A stretch of 64,000 nucleotides of DNA from an archaeon (GTDB taxonomy: Archaea; Nanobdellota; Nanobdellia; Woesearchaeales; GW2011-AR4): positions 59,131 through 123,130 of the forward strand of contig NZEC01000018.1 of the NCBI GenBank assembly GCA_002688925.1. The letters run 5' to 3'. The translations under genes were made by a program, and so were the position numbers. The notes under the pieces are model-generated. The model made no database searches. It was given only the letters and a program-made list of their open reading frames with translations, and had not been told where the DNA came from. Shown here piece by piece: positions 1 to 9,372 of the stretch. Position 1 is the stretch's first letter, and every line of letters begins with the position of its first letter.

Positions 1-2165
1 AGCTCTTTTTGCAGCTGGGTGTGTATTATTACCTTGTCCAGATGTATTTTTTTGTTTCTTAAGTCATCCACGACTTTCTTTACATATTCCAGAGCTTTTT
101 TATTGTCCCTATCCCTCAGGATTATATCAAGGACTTTTTCCTGTGCTTCCTTTGCAATTAATGACCAATTTCTCCTAACACTTTCAAATCCCTTTATTTT
201 CAAAAATCCGTCTTCTGACAGCAAAGCGTATTTTTTCTTTGCCCCAAAAGCCCCCATTTTTGCGGATACAAATATTCCGGCAGGGTAAAATCCCTCGAAT
301 TCCAGTTCCATCAGGCCCGGAAGCTCTGAATTTATTTTCTCGGAAAATTTTGTAGCATCTTCCTTTGTTTTCCCGTCAAGAGTCAAAAAAACAGAATCCG
401 TATCGCTATACTGGACTTTAAATCCGTCTTTTTCCGCTTTCCCGATAACTTTAGTGATGTAATATCTTCCAAAAGCAGTTGTTGCCCTCGCGCATTCAAA
501 TGAATACCATCTTGCCCCAAAAAATCCAAGATAGCCGTAAAAGGAATTTGCCAACAATTTTAATGAATTTTGCCTTGCATCAAGTATTGCATGCTCTTCA
601 TCCGAATGATCCCTTGTTATCTCTTTTATTCTTGTTCTTCTTGTGATAAGATCCTCAATTATTGAAGGTATAAACCCTTTCTTTTTGCTACAGAACCACA
701 CCTTGCTGTTGTCTTCCATCGGGGCTAATTTTGCATCTTCCTTGCAGCAACTGCAGTTAATTGTTCCCGGACCTATATTGTGCGAGCCGATAATTGTAGG
801 ATACAGGCTTCTGTAATCAAAAACAACAATATTCTCGTACAAGCCCGGCTTTGGCTCGAATACAAAAGCCCCCTTGTATGTTTTCATCCTTCTTTCCATG
901 ACTTCATTATTATTTGGCTTATTCGGGGCTATCTGGTTGAAATTAGCTGCTTGTTTTAGCAGATACCATTCAACTAACTGTGAAAAGCCCATCCTGTTTG
1001 CATCATAGATTGTAAGCCCTGTAATCTTGACAATCTCGCTGATAGTGGGCATCAGCTTTTCTGCCAGCTTATAGGAAAGCTTTGCATCATTTAGGTTGTA
1101 TTCGCAATACTTGTCAAATTCTTCCTGGTTTTCCCAGGCTTTGGATAATTCGCTTAAGTCCACATCAAATTTCTTTTCATCCAAAAGCTCGGAAGCTACT
1201 GCATTAAGATTATAGGTATCTGTCTCTAAAGTCCCGGAAATTACCTTTCTTATGAACTTAAAGATATCCAGATGAGTTATTCCGATAATCTGGGCAGTTA
1301 CCACCTGTAATTTTTTAATTCTTAACTCTGAATAATCAAGCCCTAAATCCAGTTTAATCTTGTATTTTTCCGCTCTTGACTTTATGTAAGGAAGGTCAAA
1401 GCCATCTGAAAAATAGCCTGTCAGGATGTCTGGCTTATAAGTTTCTATCACTTCCTTGAATTTTTCTAGAAGTTCTGATTCGCTTTCCGCAAATTCCGCA
1501 TACTCAAGATTTGTATTAAATCTCTTCCACACTATCACTTTGTGGAAATCCTCTGCATAAAAAGCTATCATGAGGATTGGATTTTTTTCTGGCTCAATTT
1601 CCTTGTTTCCCGGAGTGTATGTCTCAATATCAACAGAAAGTATCTTTGGCTTAACCAGTGTTTCAGTTCCAAAAGGCTCTATTTTTTCAGCCTGGAATGC
1701 AGGAACTCTCAGTTTTTTATTTGTGAAATTTCCTTCAACCTCATGCAAAGTCAATGGAGTTATGTTATTGTCAATCAAAAATCTTCTCACAAACAAAATA
1801 TCGCTCTCATTTATAGACTCAATGTTAGGATTATTTTTCAGCTCTTCCCTGATGACAGGAATTTCTGAAGGAAATTTAGTGTAGACTTTTAAAGCGTCAA
1901 CATCCTTTCCAAGGTATATTTTTTTAACTGCCTCAACTTTTGTAATAGAAAATTCAGTTTCACTTCTTGTAATCTTTAAGTTTCTTAATTCATCCGCTAT
2001 GGCTGTTCCTGGTTTTGGTATCACATAAAGATAAGGCTCAAACTTATCATAAAGAACGCAAACTTGCTTGTTATCTATTGTTTTCCCGAATAAATGAATT
2101 ACCGGCTTATCATCTATTATCTTATAAATCACATCCATAGGAAAAAACCTAATCTTCTCTGCCAT
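1..2165 (-). CDS. polB: Family B DNA polymerase (3' end runs off the window)
   Basis: Hand translation of minus strand from ATG at 2165 (MAEKIRFFPMDV...). PolB motifs VFDYRSLYPT, KLLANSFYGYLG and YSDTDS; exonuclease motifs DIET and FDLPY. Absent from the ORF track because it is open at the edge. Confidence 0.95.
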   Translation of the reverse strand, partial: MAEKIRFFPMDVIYKIIDDKPVIHLFGKTIDNKQVCVLYDKFEPYLYVIPKPGTAIADELRNLKITRSETEFSITKVEAVKKIYLGKDVDALKVYTKFPSEIPVIREELKNNPNIESINESDILFVRRFLIDNNITPLTLHEVEGNFTNKKLRVPAFQAEKIEPFGTETLVKPKILSVDIETYTPGNKEIEPEKNPILMIAFYAEDFHKVIVWKRFNTNLEYAEFAESESELLEKFKEVIETYKPDILTGYFSDGFDLPYIKSRAEKYKIKLDLGLDYSELRIKKLQVVTAQIIGITHLDIFKFIRKVISGTLETDTYNLNAVASELLDEKKFDVDLSELSKAWENQEEFDKYCEYNLNDAKLSYKLAEKLMPTISEIVKITGLTIYDANRMGFSQLVEWYLLKQAANFNQIAPNKPNNNEVMERRMKTYKGAFVFEPKPGLYENIVVFDYRSLYPTIIGSHNIGPGTINCSCCKEDAKLAPMEDNSKVWFCSKKKGFIPSIIEDLITRRTRIKEITRDHSDEEHAILDARQNSLKLLANSFYGYLGFFGARWYSFECARATTAFGRYYITKVIGKAEKDGFKVQYSDTDSVFLTLDGKTKEDATKFSEKINSELPGLMELEFEGFYPAGIFVSAKMGAFGAKKKYALLSEDGFLKIKGFESVRRNWSLIAKEAQEKVLDIILRDRDNKKALEYVKKVVDDLRNKKIHLDKVIIHTQLQKE

Positions 2166-2311
2166 AGGAAAAGGGATAGTTTTTTGGTATATAAATGTTA
2201 GTGGATTATTGGTGATATTGGTTTAATAAAATTAGATAGTAAAATTTACATTAATTATTTATTTTTTAAATTCTAGATAAATTTATATACAATCAACCCA
2301 CATACTATTTT

Positions 2312-2467
2312 ATGAACCCCAATGAAGAAAACTGGAAAAAAGAATTAGAAAAGTTTAAAGTTGTCCAGAAATGCCCTAAGTGCAGGGAATTAAGCCTAAA
2401 ATATTCAGAAGGAAAAATCAAATGCTCTAATTGTAGTTTTGAGCAGAATATTGGAAGCATTGAATGA
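2312..2467 (+). CDS. Small zinc-ribbon protein (51 aa)
   Basis: MNPNEENWKKELEKFKVVQKCPKCRELSLKYSEGKIKCSNCSFEQNIGSIE; two CxxC pairs; TATA-like TTTATATA upstream. Confidence 0.7.
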   Translation: MNPNEENWKKELEKFKVVQKCPKCRELSLKYSEGKIKCSNCSFEQNIGSIE

Positions 2468-2483
2468 GTAAGGAGGAATCTAA

Positions 2484-2999
2484 ATGAGAATAAATAAAGA
2501 GCAAAGAGTTGGAGTCTTTGTGGATGTGCAGAACATGTATTACTCTGCAAAGAATTTGTACAAGGCCAAGGTGAATTTTTCTAATGTGCTAAGGAATGCT
2601 GTAGCAGGAAGAAAGCTTGTCAGGGCAATTGCTTATGTCATTAAAGCGGATATCAAGGAAGAAAAGAATTTTCATGATGCCTTGGAAAAGATTGGCTATG
2701 AAGTAAAATCAAAAGACCTGCAGATATTTCCAGGAGGCGCAAAAAAAGGCGACTGGGACATTGGCATTGCAATGGACACAATTGAACTGGCAGCAAGACT
2801 AGACACTATTGTAATAGTGAGCGGCGATGGAGACTATGTGGACTTATTGCAGCATTTAAAGCGGGCAATGGGCTGCAGAACAGAGGTACTGGCATTTGGG
2901 CCATCAAGCTCTGCAAAATTAAGAGAGGAAGCTGATGAGTTTGTTGATATGGATAAGGATAAGAGCAGGTACCTTATAAAAAATAAATTATCACTTTAG
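2484..2999 (+). CDS. NYN domain protein (LabA/DUF88, PIN-like fold)
   Basis: VFVDVQN, KGDWD and SGDGDY motifs; AGGAGG RBS. Confidence 0.9.
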   Translation: MRINKEQRVGVFVDVQNMYYSAKNLYKAKVNFSNVLRNAVAGRKLVRAIAYVIKADIKEEKNFHDALEKIGYEVKSKDLQIFPGGAKKGDWDIGIAMDTIELAARLDTIVIVSGDGDYVDLLQHLKRAMGCRTEVLAFGPSSSAKLREEADEFVDMDKDKSRYLIKNKLSL

Positions 3000-3064
3000 A
3001 GTAGTTATAAACCGAAAGATTTATAAAGAGAAATTACTGAGTATTGACTTTAAACACTAATAAA

Positions 3065-3481
3065 ATGTACCATCGCGATAACTGGGATACAGACAAATTA
3101 GACATACATAGCAATAAGTATGCAGGCCACGATACAGGAAGTTCTGAAAAAGATAAAGATTATCACAAAAATATTGAATATGGGGCAAAGGATGAGGACA
3201 AGATCAAAGATGGTTATAACTCTCATAAAAATGAAGATGATGACAAGAAAAAAAAGGATGATGAAAATAAAAAAAATATTGTTGATACAGTAGAGCAGGA
3301 CAAAAAATACGAGAAAAAGAAGGAAGAAGAGGATGAATTCAAAACTATTTCGCAAAATTTACAGCAAGATCATCATGATGAAAAAAAAGACAAAAATATA
3401 AAAAAGAAAGAGCACAAGACAATTGAGGAAGCGATTGACAAGGCAATAAAGGATGAAAAAGATGTAGTTTTTATGGATTAA
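3065..3481 (+). CDS. Hypothetical, highly charged low-complexity protein
   Basis: D/E/K-rich ORF; ATG at 3065; TATA-like element upstream. Confidence 0.6.
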   Translation: MYHRDNWDTDKLDIHSNKYAGHDTGSSEKDKDYHKNIEYGAKDEDKIKDGYNSHKNEDDDKKKKDDENKKNIVDTVEQDKKYEKKKEEEDEFKTISQNLQQDHHDEKKDKNIKKKEHKTIEEAIDKAIKDEKDVVFMD

Positions 3482-3482
3482 A

Positions 3483-3974
3483 ATGTATCATAGTGAATAT
3501 ACACCCGGACATGAAGTTCTGAGCAAAAGCAACTACAATATAGATTCGCATGGAAGTATCAGTAACACAACCTCATACTTAGTTACAAATGATTTTCCGG
3601 ATTATGCCCATATGTTTTACAGTCCAACTGAGCACGAAACAATAACATCCATAAAATACGGGAATTTTGAGAAAGGCTATGATAATAATTTAAAGGAAAT
3701 ACAGGAATCTTTAAACGGGCCTCCATTAGAATTTTACATTCCCCAGTCTTTTAATGTAGCTGAAGGTGTTGGAAGGCAGGATAACACTCAAATTGTTCCA
3801 AGAGAAGCAAAAGAAAAGTTGATGGATAATACCAACAAGGAGGCATTGAAAGAAATAGAAAAAGCCCAGAAAGAAATAACAGGAAGACAGGTTATTTTCA
3901 GGGAAACAGAAATTGATGAATTTCTTATGTTAAGGAGAATGATAAGAAAAAGAGAAGTAGTTGTTAAAAAATAA
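3483..3974 (+). CDS. Hypothetical protein
   Basis: 163-aa ORF starting 1 nt after the upstream stop. Confidence 0.6.
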   Translation: MYHSEYTPGHEVLSKSNYNIDSHGSISNTTSYLVTNDFPDYAHMFYSPTEHETITSIKYGNFEKGYDNNLKEIQESLNGPPLEFYIPQSFNVAEGVGRQDNTQIVPREAKEKLMDNTNKEALKEIEKAQKEITGRQVIFRETEIDEFLMLRRMIRKREVVVKK

Positions 3975-4011
3975 AACAACATATTTAAACTATAAATTCT
4001 TTATTTTAATT

Positions 4012-4737
4012 ATGGAAATTAAAAAACTGCTTTTGCTTATTGTTTCTATATTGATGATACTTCTTATTCCAATAGTAATTTACATTTACAGCTTCAACTC
4101 CATTACCTTTAATACCAATTTCTACAAAAAAGAATTTACAAAATACAATGTCTATGATAATTTAGCAGAATATGATATTGAAAATATCAATAATGATGTT
4201 CTGGATTATTTAAAGAATGAAAAATCCGATAATTTGATTAGAAATAATTTCTTTAACAAAAGGGAAAAATTGCATTTTCTTGATGTAAAAAACCTAATCC
4301 AGAAAACAGTACAAGTATATTACTTTTCCATTGTTTTATTTTTATTATTATTTATAATTCTAATTTTTTTATTGAAATTTAAATTAAAAACCATTGTTAA
4401 AAAAATTTTAATTATAATCGCGATTGGAAGCGCTTTGACTTTAATTGATGCATTTTTATTTTTTCTCCTCGGCAATCTGAACTTTGATTTTGTTTTTGAT
4501 TTGTTCCATAAAACTTTTTTTAGTTTTGGAACTTATACCTTTAATTCGCAATTTGAAAAAATTGTTGTTTTATACCCAGAAAAGTTGTTTTTCGACGCTT
4601 TGCTTAAAATTATTACAAAAACTATTTTATCGTCGATAATTTTATTATTTTTTAGCATTATTTTTATTTTTGCGTTTTCAAAAGGCAATTTTTTCAAATT
4701 TTTCTCAAAATTTCCCGACGGTAAAAATAAAAAATAG
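4012..4737 (+). CDS. DUF1461/TIGR01906 membrane protein (Lit-like lipoprotein intramolecular transacylase family)
   Basis: Four TM segments; motifs E-x2-H-x2-DVK, F-x2-FH-x2-FF and LYPE-x2-FFD. Confidence 0.7.
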   Translation: MEIKKLLLLIVSILMILLIPIVIYIYSFNSITFNTNFYKKEFTKYNVYDNLAEYDIENINNDVLDYLKNEKSDNLIRNNFFNKREKLHFLDVKNLIQKTVQVYYFSIVLFLLLFIILIFLLKFKLKTIVKKILIIIAIGSALTLIDAFLFFLLGNLNFDFVFDLFHKTFFSFGTYTFNSQFEKIVVLYPEKLFFDALLKIITKTILSSIILLFFSIIFIFAFSKGNFFKFFSKFPDGKNKK

Positions 4738-4802
4738 AAACCTTTAAATATTACTTTTTAAATAAAAAAGTTATTAAAAAGGGTGAAATACAGATAAAAA
4801 AA

Positions 4803-5225
4803 ATGAGGGAATTCGGTCAGCATTTAACAATTGATGCATCGCTTTGCAACAGAAAAAAGTTGATGGATCAAAGCCTTGTTTACGATATTCTTAATAAGTT
4901 ACCGGGTAAGCTTGGAATGTCTAAGATGATCTTGCCTTATGCAGTCAAGTGGCTTGACCCTGGCGCAACAATCGACGGCATTTCTGGATTTGTAATGATA
5001 GCAGAAAGCCATGTCAGCATACACACATTCCCGGAAAAGGATTATGCATTCATAGACATATTCTCGTGCAAGCCATTCGATGTTAATCGGGCAGCAGAAT
5101 TACTTGTGAATGCTTTTGATGCAAAAAAGTTCACTAAAAAAGTTATCAAAAGAGGTCTTGATTTTCCAAGAACCCATCCGGATTATATATATGAAAAACC
5201 GGAGCAGATAGCTTTAAGCAAATAA
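4803..5225 (+). CDS. speD: Pyruvoyl-dependent SpeD-family decarboxylase proenzyme (AdoMetDC, or neofunctionalised arginine/ornithine decarboxylase)
   Basis: GQHL, IAESHVSIHTFPE autocleavage motif, DIFSC. Confidence 0.88.
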   Translation: MREFGQHLTIDASLCNRKKLMDQSLVYDILNKLPGKLGMSKMILPYAVKWLDPGATIDGISGFVMIAESHVSIHTFPEKDYAFIDIFSCKPFDVNRAAELLVNAFDAKKFTKKVIKRGLDFPRTHPDYIYEKPEQIALSK

Positions 5226-5275
5226 ATCAGTTTTTTCTAGAAAATTTTTTATAATCATGAAGAAATTTGTTAAGA

Positions 5276-6184
5276 ATGGATATTATTGATGATATCAAAG
5301 CCAATAAGAAAGAGATAATCAATTGCATAAATAAGCGGGGTTTTGTACGCGAGCATAATTTTTGGTTTTATTGTAATCAGCAGAATAATTACTCAAAAAT
5401 ATTTTTCTTGAAATTTGATAATAATTGCGGTATCTTTGCGATAAGGTATGAAAGCGGAACATGGGAACTGATAGGAGAAGTTATTGCTCCGGAAAAAAAG
5501 AGATTGGAACTATTCAACAATTTCTTAAATTACACTTTAAACAAAAAAAAGGACAAGAAAGCATTTGTTTTTGTCCCTGAAAAATTCCATAACAATGTCA
5601 GCAGTATGCTAAAAAATTCTGACAAGTACAGAATCACAGGCAAGCCAACAGTATACTACACTCCGATTTTCAGCATGAAAAAATGGGATGAAAGCCTAAA
5701 AGGAAAAGAAGGAAAGAAGTTAAGGTATATAAAAAATAAATTCTTAAAATCGCACAATGTTGAAATCATCCCTTCCAAAGAGATAGATGAAAAAAAATTA
5801 AGAGATATTGTAAATAAATGGAGAAAATTAAGGCCAAAGGCCGAAAGGACTTATTACACTGATTTTTACTTAAACTTCATAAAAAATGGTTTTGAAGGGA
5901 CTGATATAGCAAGAACTGTAATTATTGACAATGAACCTTGTACGATAACAGCTGGCTGGAAAATCCCAAACACAAAAAATTACTATTCCGCTATAGGATT
6001 ATACAATTATAAATATGACGGCTTGGGAGAGATAGCAAATATTGATGATTTAAACGAAATAAAAAATAAAAAATATAAATATGCAGATTTTGGAGATTCT
6101 TCTGAATCATTGCTCCAGTTCAAAAAAAAATTCAATCCTGATTACATTTATAAAACATATTGGTTTCATATTGTAAAAAAATGA
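5276..6184 (+). CDS. Stand-alone DUF2156 / MprF C-terminal-like (aminoacyl-tRNA-dependent transferase) protein, paralog 1
   Basis: LKGKxxKKLR segment and C-terminal LLQFKKKFNP; no TM domain. Confidence 0.65.
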   Translation: MDIIDDIKANKKEIINCINKRGFVREHNFWFYCNQQNNYSKIFFLKFDNNCGIFAIRYESGTWELIGEVIAPEKKRLELFNNFLNYTLNKKKDKKAFVFVPEKFHNNVSSMLKNSDKYRITGKPTVYYTPIFSMKKWDESLKGKEGKKLRYIKNKFLKSHNVEIIPSKEIDEKKLRDIVNKWRKLRPKAERTYYTDFYLNFIKNGFEGTDIARTVIIDNEPCTITAGWKIPNTKNYYSAIGLYNYKYDGLGEIANIDDLNEIKNKKYKYADFGDSSESLLQFKKKFNPDYIYKTYWFHIVKK

Positions 6185-7068
6185 ATAATTACATTAAATA
6201 CCCAAAAAATTTTGCAGAGCTTGAAGATCCTTTGTCTAATTACGATGCTTCTAAAGTCATTATACTTCCAGTGCCGTATGAAAAAACCACTACTTACATA
6301 AAAGGAACTGCAAATGGACCTGGCGCGATTATATACGCATCAAGAAACATGGAGCTTTACGATGAAGAGCTCAATAAGGAAATATGCAAAATAGGAATAT
6401 GCACCTTAAATGAATTGAGAATAGATGAGAAGCCGGAGCTGATGGTGAATATTGTCTATCAAAACGTAAAAAAAATAATCAATGATGATAAATTTATTAT
6501 TACATTGGGCGGAGAGCACTCAATAACTCCCGGAGCAATAAAAGCATTTGCAGAAAAATACGGTGATTTTTCAATTTTACAGCTGGATGCCCACTCTGAC
6601 CTAAGGGAAGAATATGATAATACTAAATTCAGCCATGCCTGCGCAATGAAAAGATGCAGGGATATTATTAAAAATATTGTCCAGGTGGGAATAAGAAGCC
6701 TTGACTATGAAGAAGCGGTTTTGATAAAGAAAAACAAATTCGATATTTTCTGGGCAAAAGATATTTATGATAATGATGAATGGTTTGATGAAGCAATTTC
6801 AAAACTTTCAAAAAATGTTTATATCACTATAGATTTGGATGTATTTGACCCTTCAATCATGCCATCTGTAGGAACTCCTGAGCCCGGAGGTTTAAAATAT
6901 TACCAAATATTAAGATTCTTAAGAAGATTATGCGAAAAAAAGAATGTTTTGGGATTTGATGTCATGGAACTATGCCCCAACAAAGACAATGCCAGCTCTG
7001 ACTTCACTGCTGCAAAAATAGCTTATAAGCTGATTGGGTATGTCTTTGATAAAAGCATTAAAAAATAG
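6181..7068 (+). CDS. speB: Agmatinase
   Basis: GGEHS, DAHSD, SHAC, DLDVFDP and GTPEPGG ureohydrolase motifs; ATGA overlap with upstream gene. Confidence 0.93.
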   Translation: MNNYIKYPKNFAELEDPLSNYDASKVIILPVPYEKTTTYIKGTANGPGAIIYASRNMELYDEELNKEICKIGICTLNELRIDEKPELMVNIVYQNVKKIINDDKFIITLGGEHSITPGAIKAFAEKYGDFSILQLDAHSDLREEYDNTKFSHACAMKRCRDIIKNIVQVGIRSLDYEEAVLIKKNKFDIFWAKDIYDNDEWFDEAISKLSKNVYITIDLDVFDPSIMPSVGTPEPGGLKYYQILRFLRRLCEKKNVLGFDVMELCPNKDNASSDFTAAKIAYKLIGYVFDKSIKK

Positions 7069-7163
7069 TTTTCCGATATTATTTTTTAGATTATTATAAT
7101 TTTAAGAAACCAAAATGATTAAATAATAAGATTATTTCAATCAGTAAAAAAGGTGCCTTTAAA

Positions 7164-8075
7164 TTGAAAGTAATCCATGATATCTCTAAATGCAAAAAAG
7201 AAATAAAAAATTTAATCAAAAAGCACGGCTATTTTGCAGAACATAATTACAATCATTTTTTGTATAACGAAACTTATGATGATAAGAGCGTTTTCTTTGA
7301 TTTTGGAAGGAATAAGGGGGCTTTAGCTAATATAGACAAAAAAAACAGCATATGGAGCCTTTTTCCCAATGGCATTCTTGCAGATGAATCTGAAAGGCTG
7401 GATTTGTTTTTTAAAGCCGCAAACTATATCCTAAAGAAGCAGAAAGCAAAAAAATTTGTGGTCGAAGTCTCCCAGGATATGAGGAAAGGCATTTTGGACA
7501 AATTAAAAATCAGAAACGGCATGCGAGCCTGTAACTACACTTATATCCTTTACTGGCCTATGTACAATATGAATTCCTGGAATCCTAAGCTTAAAGGAAG
7601 TAAAATGAAAAAGCTTAGGAATATAAAGAATAGGTTTTACAAAAAATATAGGGTAAAAGCAAAAGACAGCAAAGATGTTCCGAAAGAAGATCTCAAAAGA
7701 ATTTTATCCGGCTGGCTTAAAAGAAGAAATGCCAATGACGGGGTAGACAAGGAATATTACCTTTCTTTGATTGATAACAATTTTAAGGGCATGGACATGG
7801 CAAAAACAATTTATGTCAATAATAAGCCATTGACAATAACAGCCGGCTGGAAAATTCCAAACACAAATAATTATTATTCCGCAATTGGGATGCTTGACTA
7901 TTCATGCCCTGGCCTGGGGGAAATCGCAAATATAGATGATTTAAACAGGCTGAAAAGAAAAGGATTTGACTATGTGGATTTCGGAGGCTCTGATAAGATT
8001 TTATTGTATTTCAAAAAAAAGTTCAAGCCTGAAAAGATATACAAAACCTATACATTTTCAATTGTAAGAAAATAA
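7164..8075 (+). CDS. Stand-alone DUF2156 / MprF C-terminal-like protein, paralog 2
   Basis: Shares TITAGWKIPNTxNYYSAIG, GLGEIANIDDLN and FKKKFxP with 5276..6184; TTG start after AAGGTG. Confidence 0.65.
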   Translation: MKVIHDISKCKKEIKNLIKKHGYFAEHNYNHFLYNETYDDKSVFFDFGRNKGALANIDKKNSIWSLFPNGILADESERLDLFFKAANYILKKQKAKKFVVEVSQDMRKGILDKLKIRNGMRACNYTYILYWPMYNMNSWNPKLKGSKMKKLRNIKNRFYKKYRVKAKDSKDVPKEDLKRILSGWLKRRNANDGVDKEYYLSLIDNNFKGMDMAKTIYVNNKPLTITAGWKIPNTNNYYSAIGMLDYSCPGLGEIANIDDLNRLKRKGFDYVDFGGSDKILLYFKKKFKPEKIYKTYTFSIVRK

Positions 8076-8081
8076 TTTCCC

Positions 8082-8963
8082 ATGCTTAAATTCAAAACAA
8101 TTACTGATGAAAAAGAATGCAAAAGCCTGTGGAATATCCACACTAAAAAGAAGGTTATCTGGGATTTGTGGGATTTTCGCTCTTGCTTCCATAACAAGGA
8201 TTTCAAGTTTAATTTTATTCTTGGTTTAAATGATAAAAATCAAGTGGGGCTTTTGCCGCTTGTATACCATAAAAAAGAAGATATTTACACTTACTTCGGG
8301 GATACTTTCCCGGAACAGAATAAATTTTTGATAAAAGAAAAAAAATTGCTGCCTGATTTTCTGAAACAATGCCCGGAAGATACAACTATCTACTATATTG
8401 ACAAATCTGAAAAAAAGTTCTATGATTTTGAGCATGGGGAAAAAAGATATTTTCTGAACTTAAGCAGATATGAAAAAGATATTGAAAACTATCTGAAAAC
8501 CTTCTCAAAAAAGCACAGGAAAAATCTCAAGTATGACATAAAAAAATTAATTGAAAATGGATTTAAAGCTGTAATAAACAAAAAAGAAGATTTTGATAAA
8601 TTAGTTTCTTTTAACAAAAAAAAATTCGGCAAAGAATCAGATTATTCTGACCCTAATTTTGTAAAAAGCATGAAAAAGCTTCTTGAAGCAGCAGAAAAAA
8701 TGCAGCTGCTTCACATTATAAGCCTAGATTTAAATGGAGCTGCAGAAGCTGTTGGCCTGGGATTGACATTCAATAAAGTGTATTATGTTATTGGGAGCGG
8801 AAGAAATCCTGAAATAAAAAACTCAGGAAAATTGCTCATCTTTGAGCAGATTAAGCATGCTCTGAATCTTAACTGTAATGAGATAGACTTTCTCTCTGCA
8901 GAAGCAGGATGGAAAGAACTCTGGAACCTTGAATCAGAGCAGATGTATGAGTTCTATAAGTGA
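8082..8963 (+). CDS. GNAT-fold protein, FemAB/Acetyltransf_6-like
   Basis: FSKKHRKNLK segment; C-terminal GKLL...IDFLS...WKELW. Confidence 0.7.
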   Translation: MLKFKTITDEKECKSLWNIHTKKKVIWDLWDFRSCFHNKDFKFNFILGLNDKNQVGLLPLVYHKKEDIYTYFGDTFPEQNKFLIKEKKLLPDFLKQCPEDTTIYYIDKSEKKFYDFEHGEKRYFLNLSRYEKDIENYLKTFSKKHRKNLKYDIKKLIENGFKAVINKKEDFDKLVSFNKKKFGKESDYSDPNFVKSMKKLLEAAEKMQLLHIISLDLNGAAEAVGLGLTFNKVYYVIGSGRNPEIKNSGKLLIFEQIKHALNLNCNEIDFLSAEAGWKELWNLESEQMYEFYK

Positions 8964-8965
8964 TT

Positions 8966-9124
8966 TTATTTCTGCTTTGGGCCTAATAAGCCGGAAATCT
9001 CGCTAAATGCTGCATTCACATCCCAACTATTTTTAATTAAGAAAATTAATAAGATTAAAACAAATACAAAAATAACCAGCTTGATTATCTTAGTCACAAA
9101 TGCCTTCTTGGACATCTTTTCCAT
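8966..9124 (-). CDS. Small single-TM protein (52 aa)
   Basis: MEKMSKKAFVTKIIKLVIFVFVLILLIFLIKNSWDVNAAFSEISGLLGPKQK; TTTATAAA upstream. Confidence 0.55.
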   Translation of the reverse strand: MEKMSKKAFVTKIIKLVIFVFVLILLIFLIKNSWDVNAAFSEISGLLGPKQK

Positions 9125-9372
9125 ATAATCTTATTTTCCTGCTAAGTTTATAAATTTTATTGAAAATGGGTTTTTATCACTCTATATAGATAAAAAGCGA
9201 TAGGTTTATAAATTAATTTTGGTTACTAAGGTAGTCTTTAATGGGGGAATCAATAAAAAATGGCAATAATAAATACAAAAAAGTACTTTTAAGCTAATTA
9301 ATTTATTATAACAAATTATCTTAATAAGATTATTTTTTTCTTTTCAAAAAAATGTGGTGAAAAATATAAACA

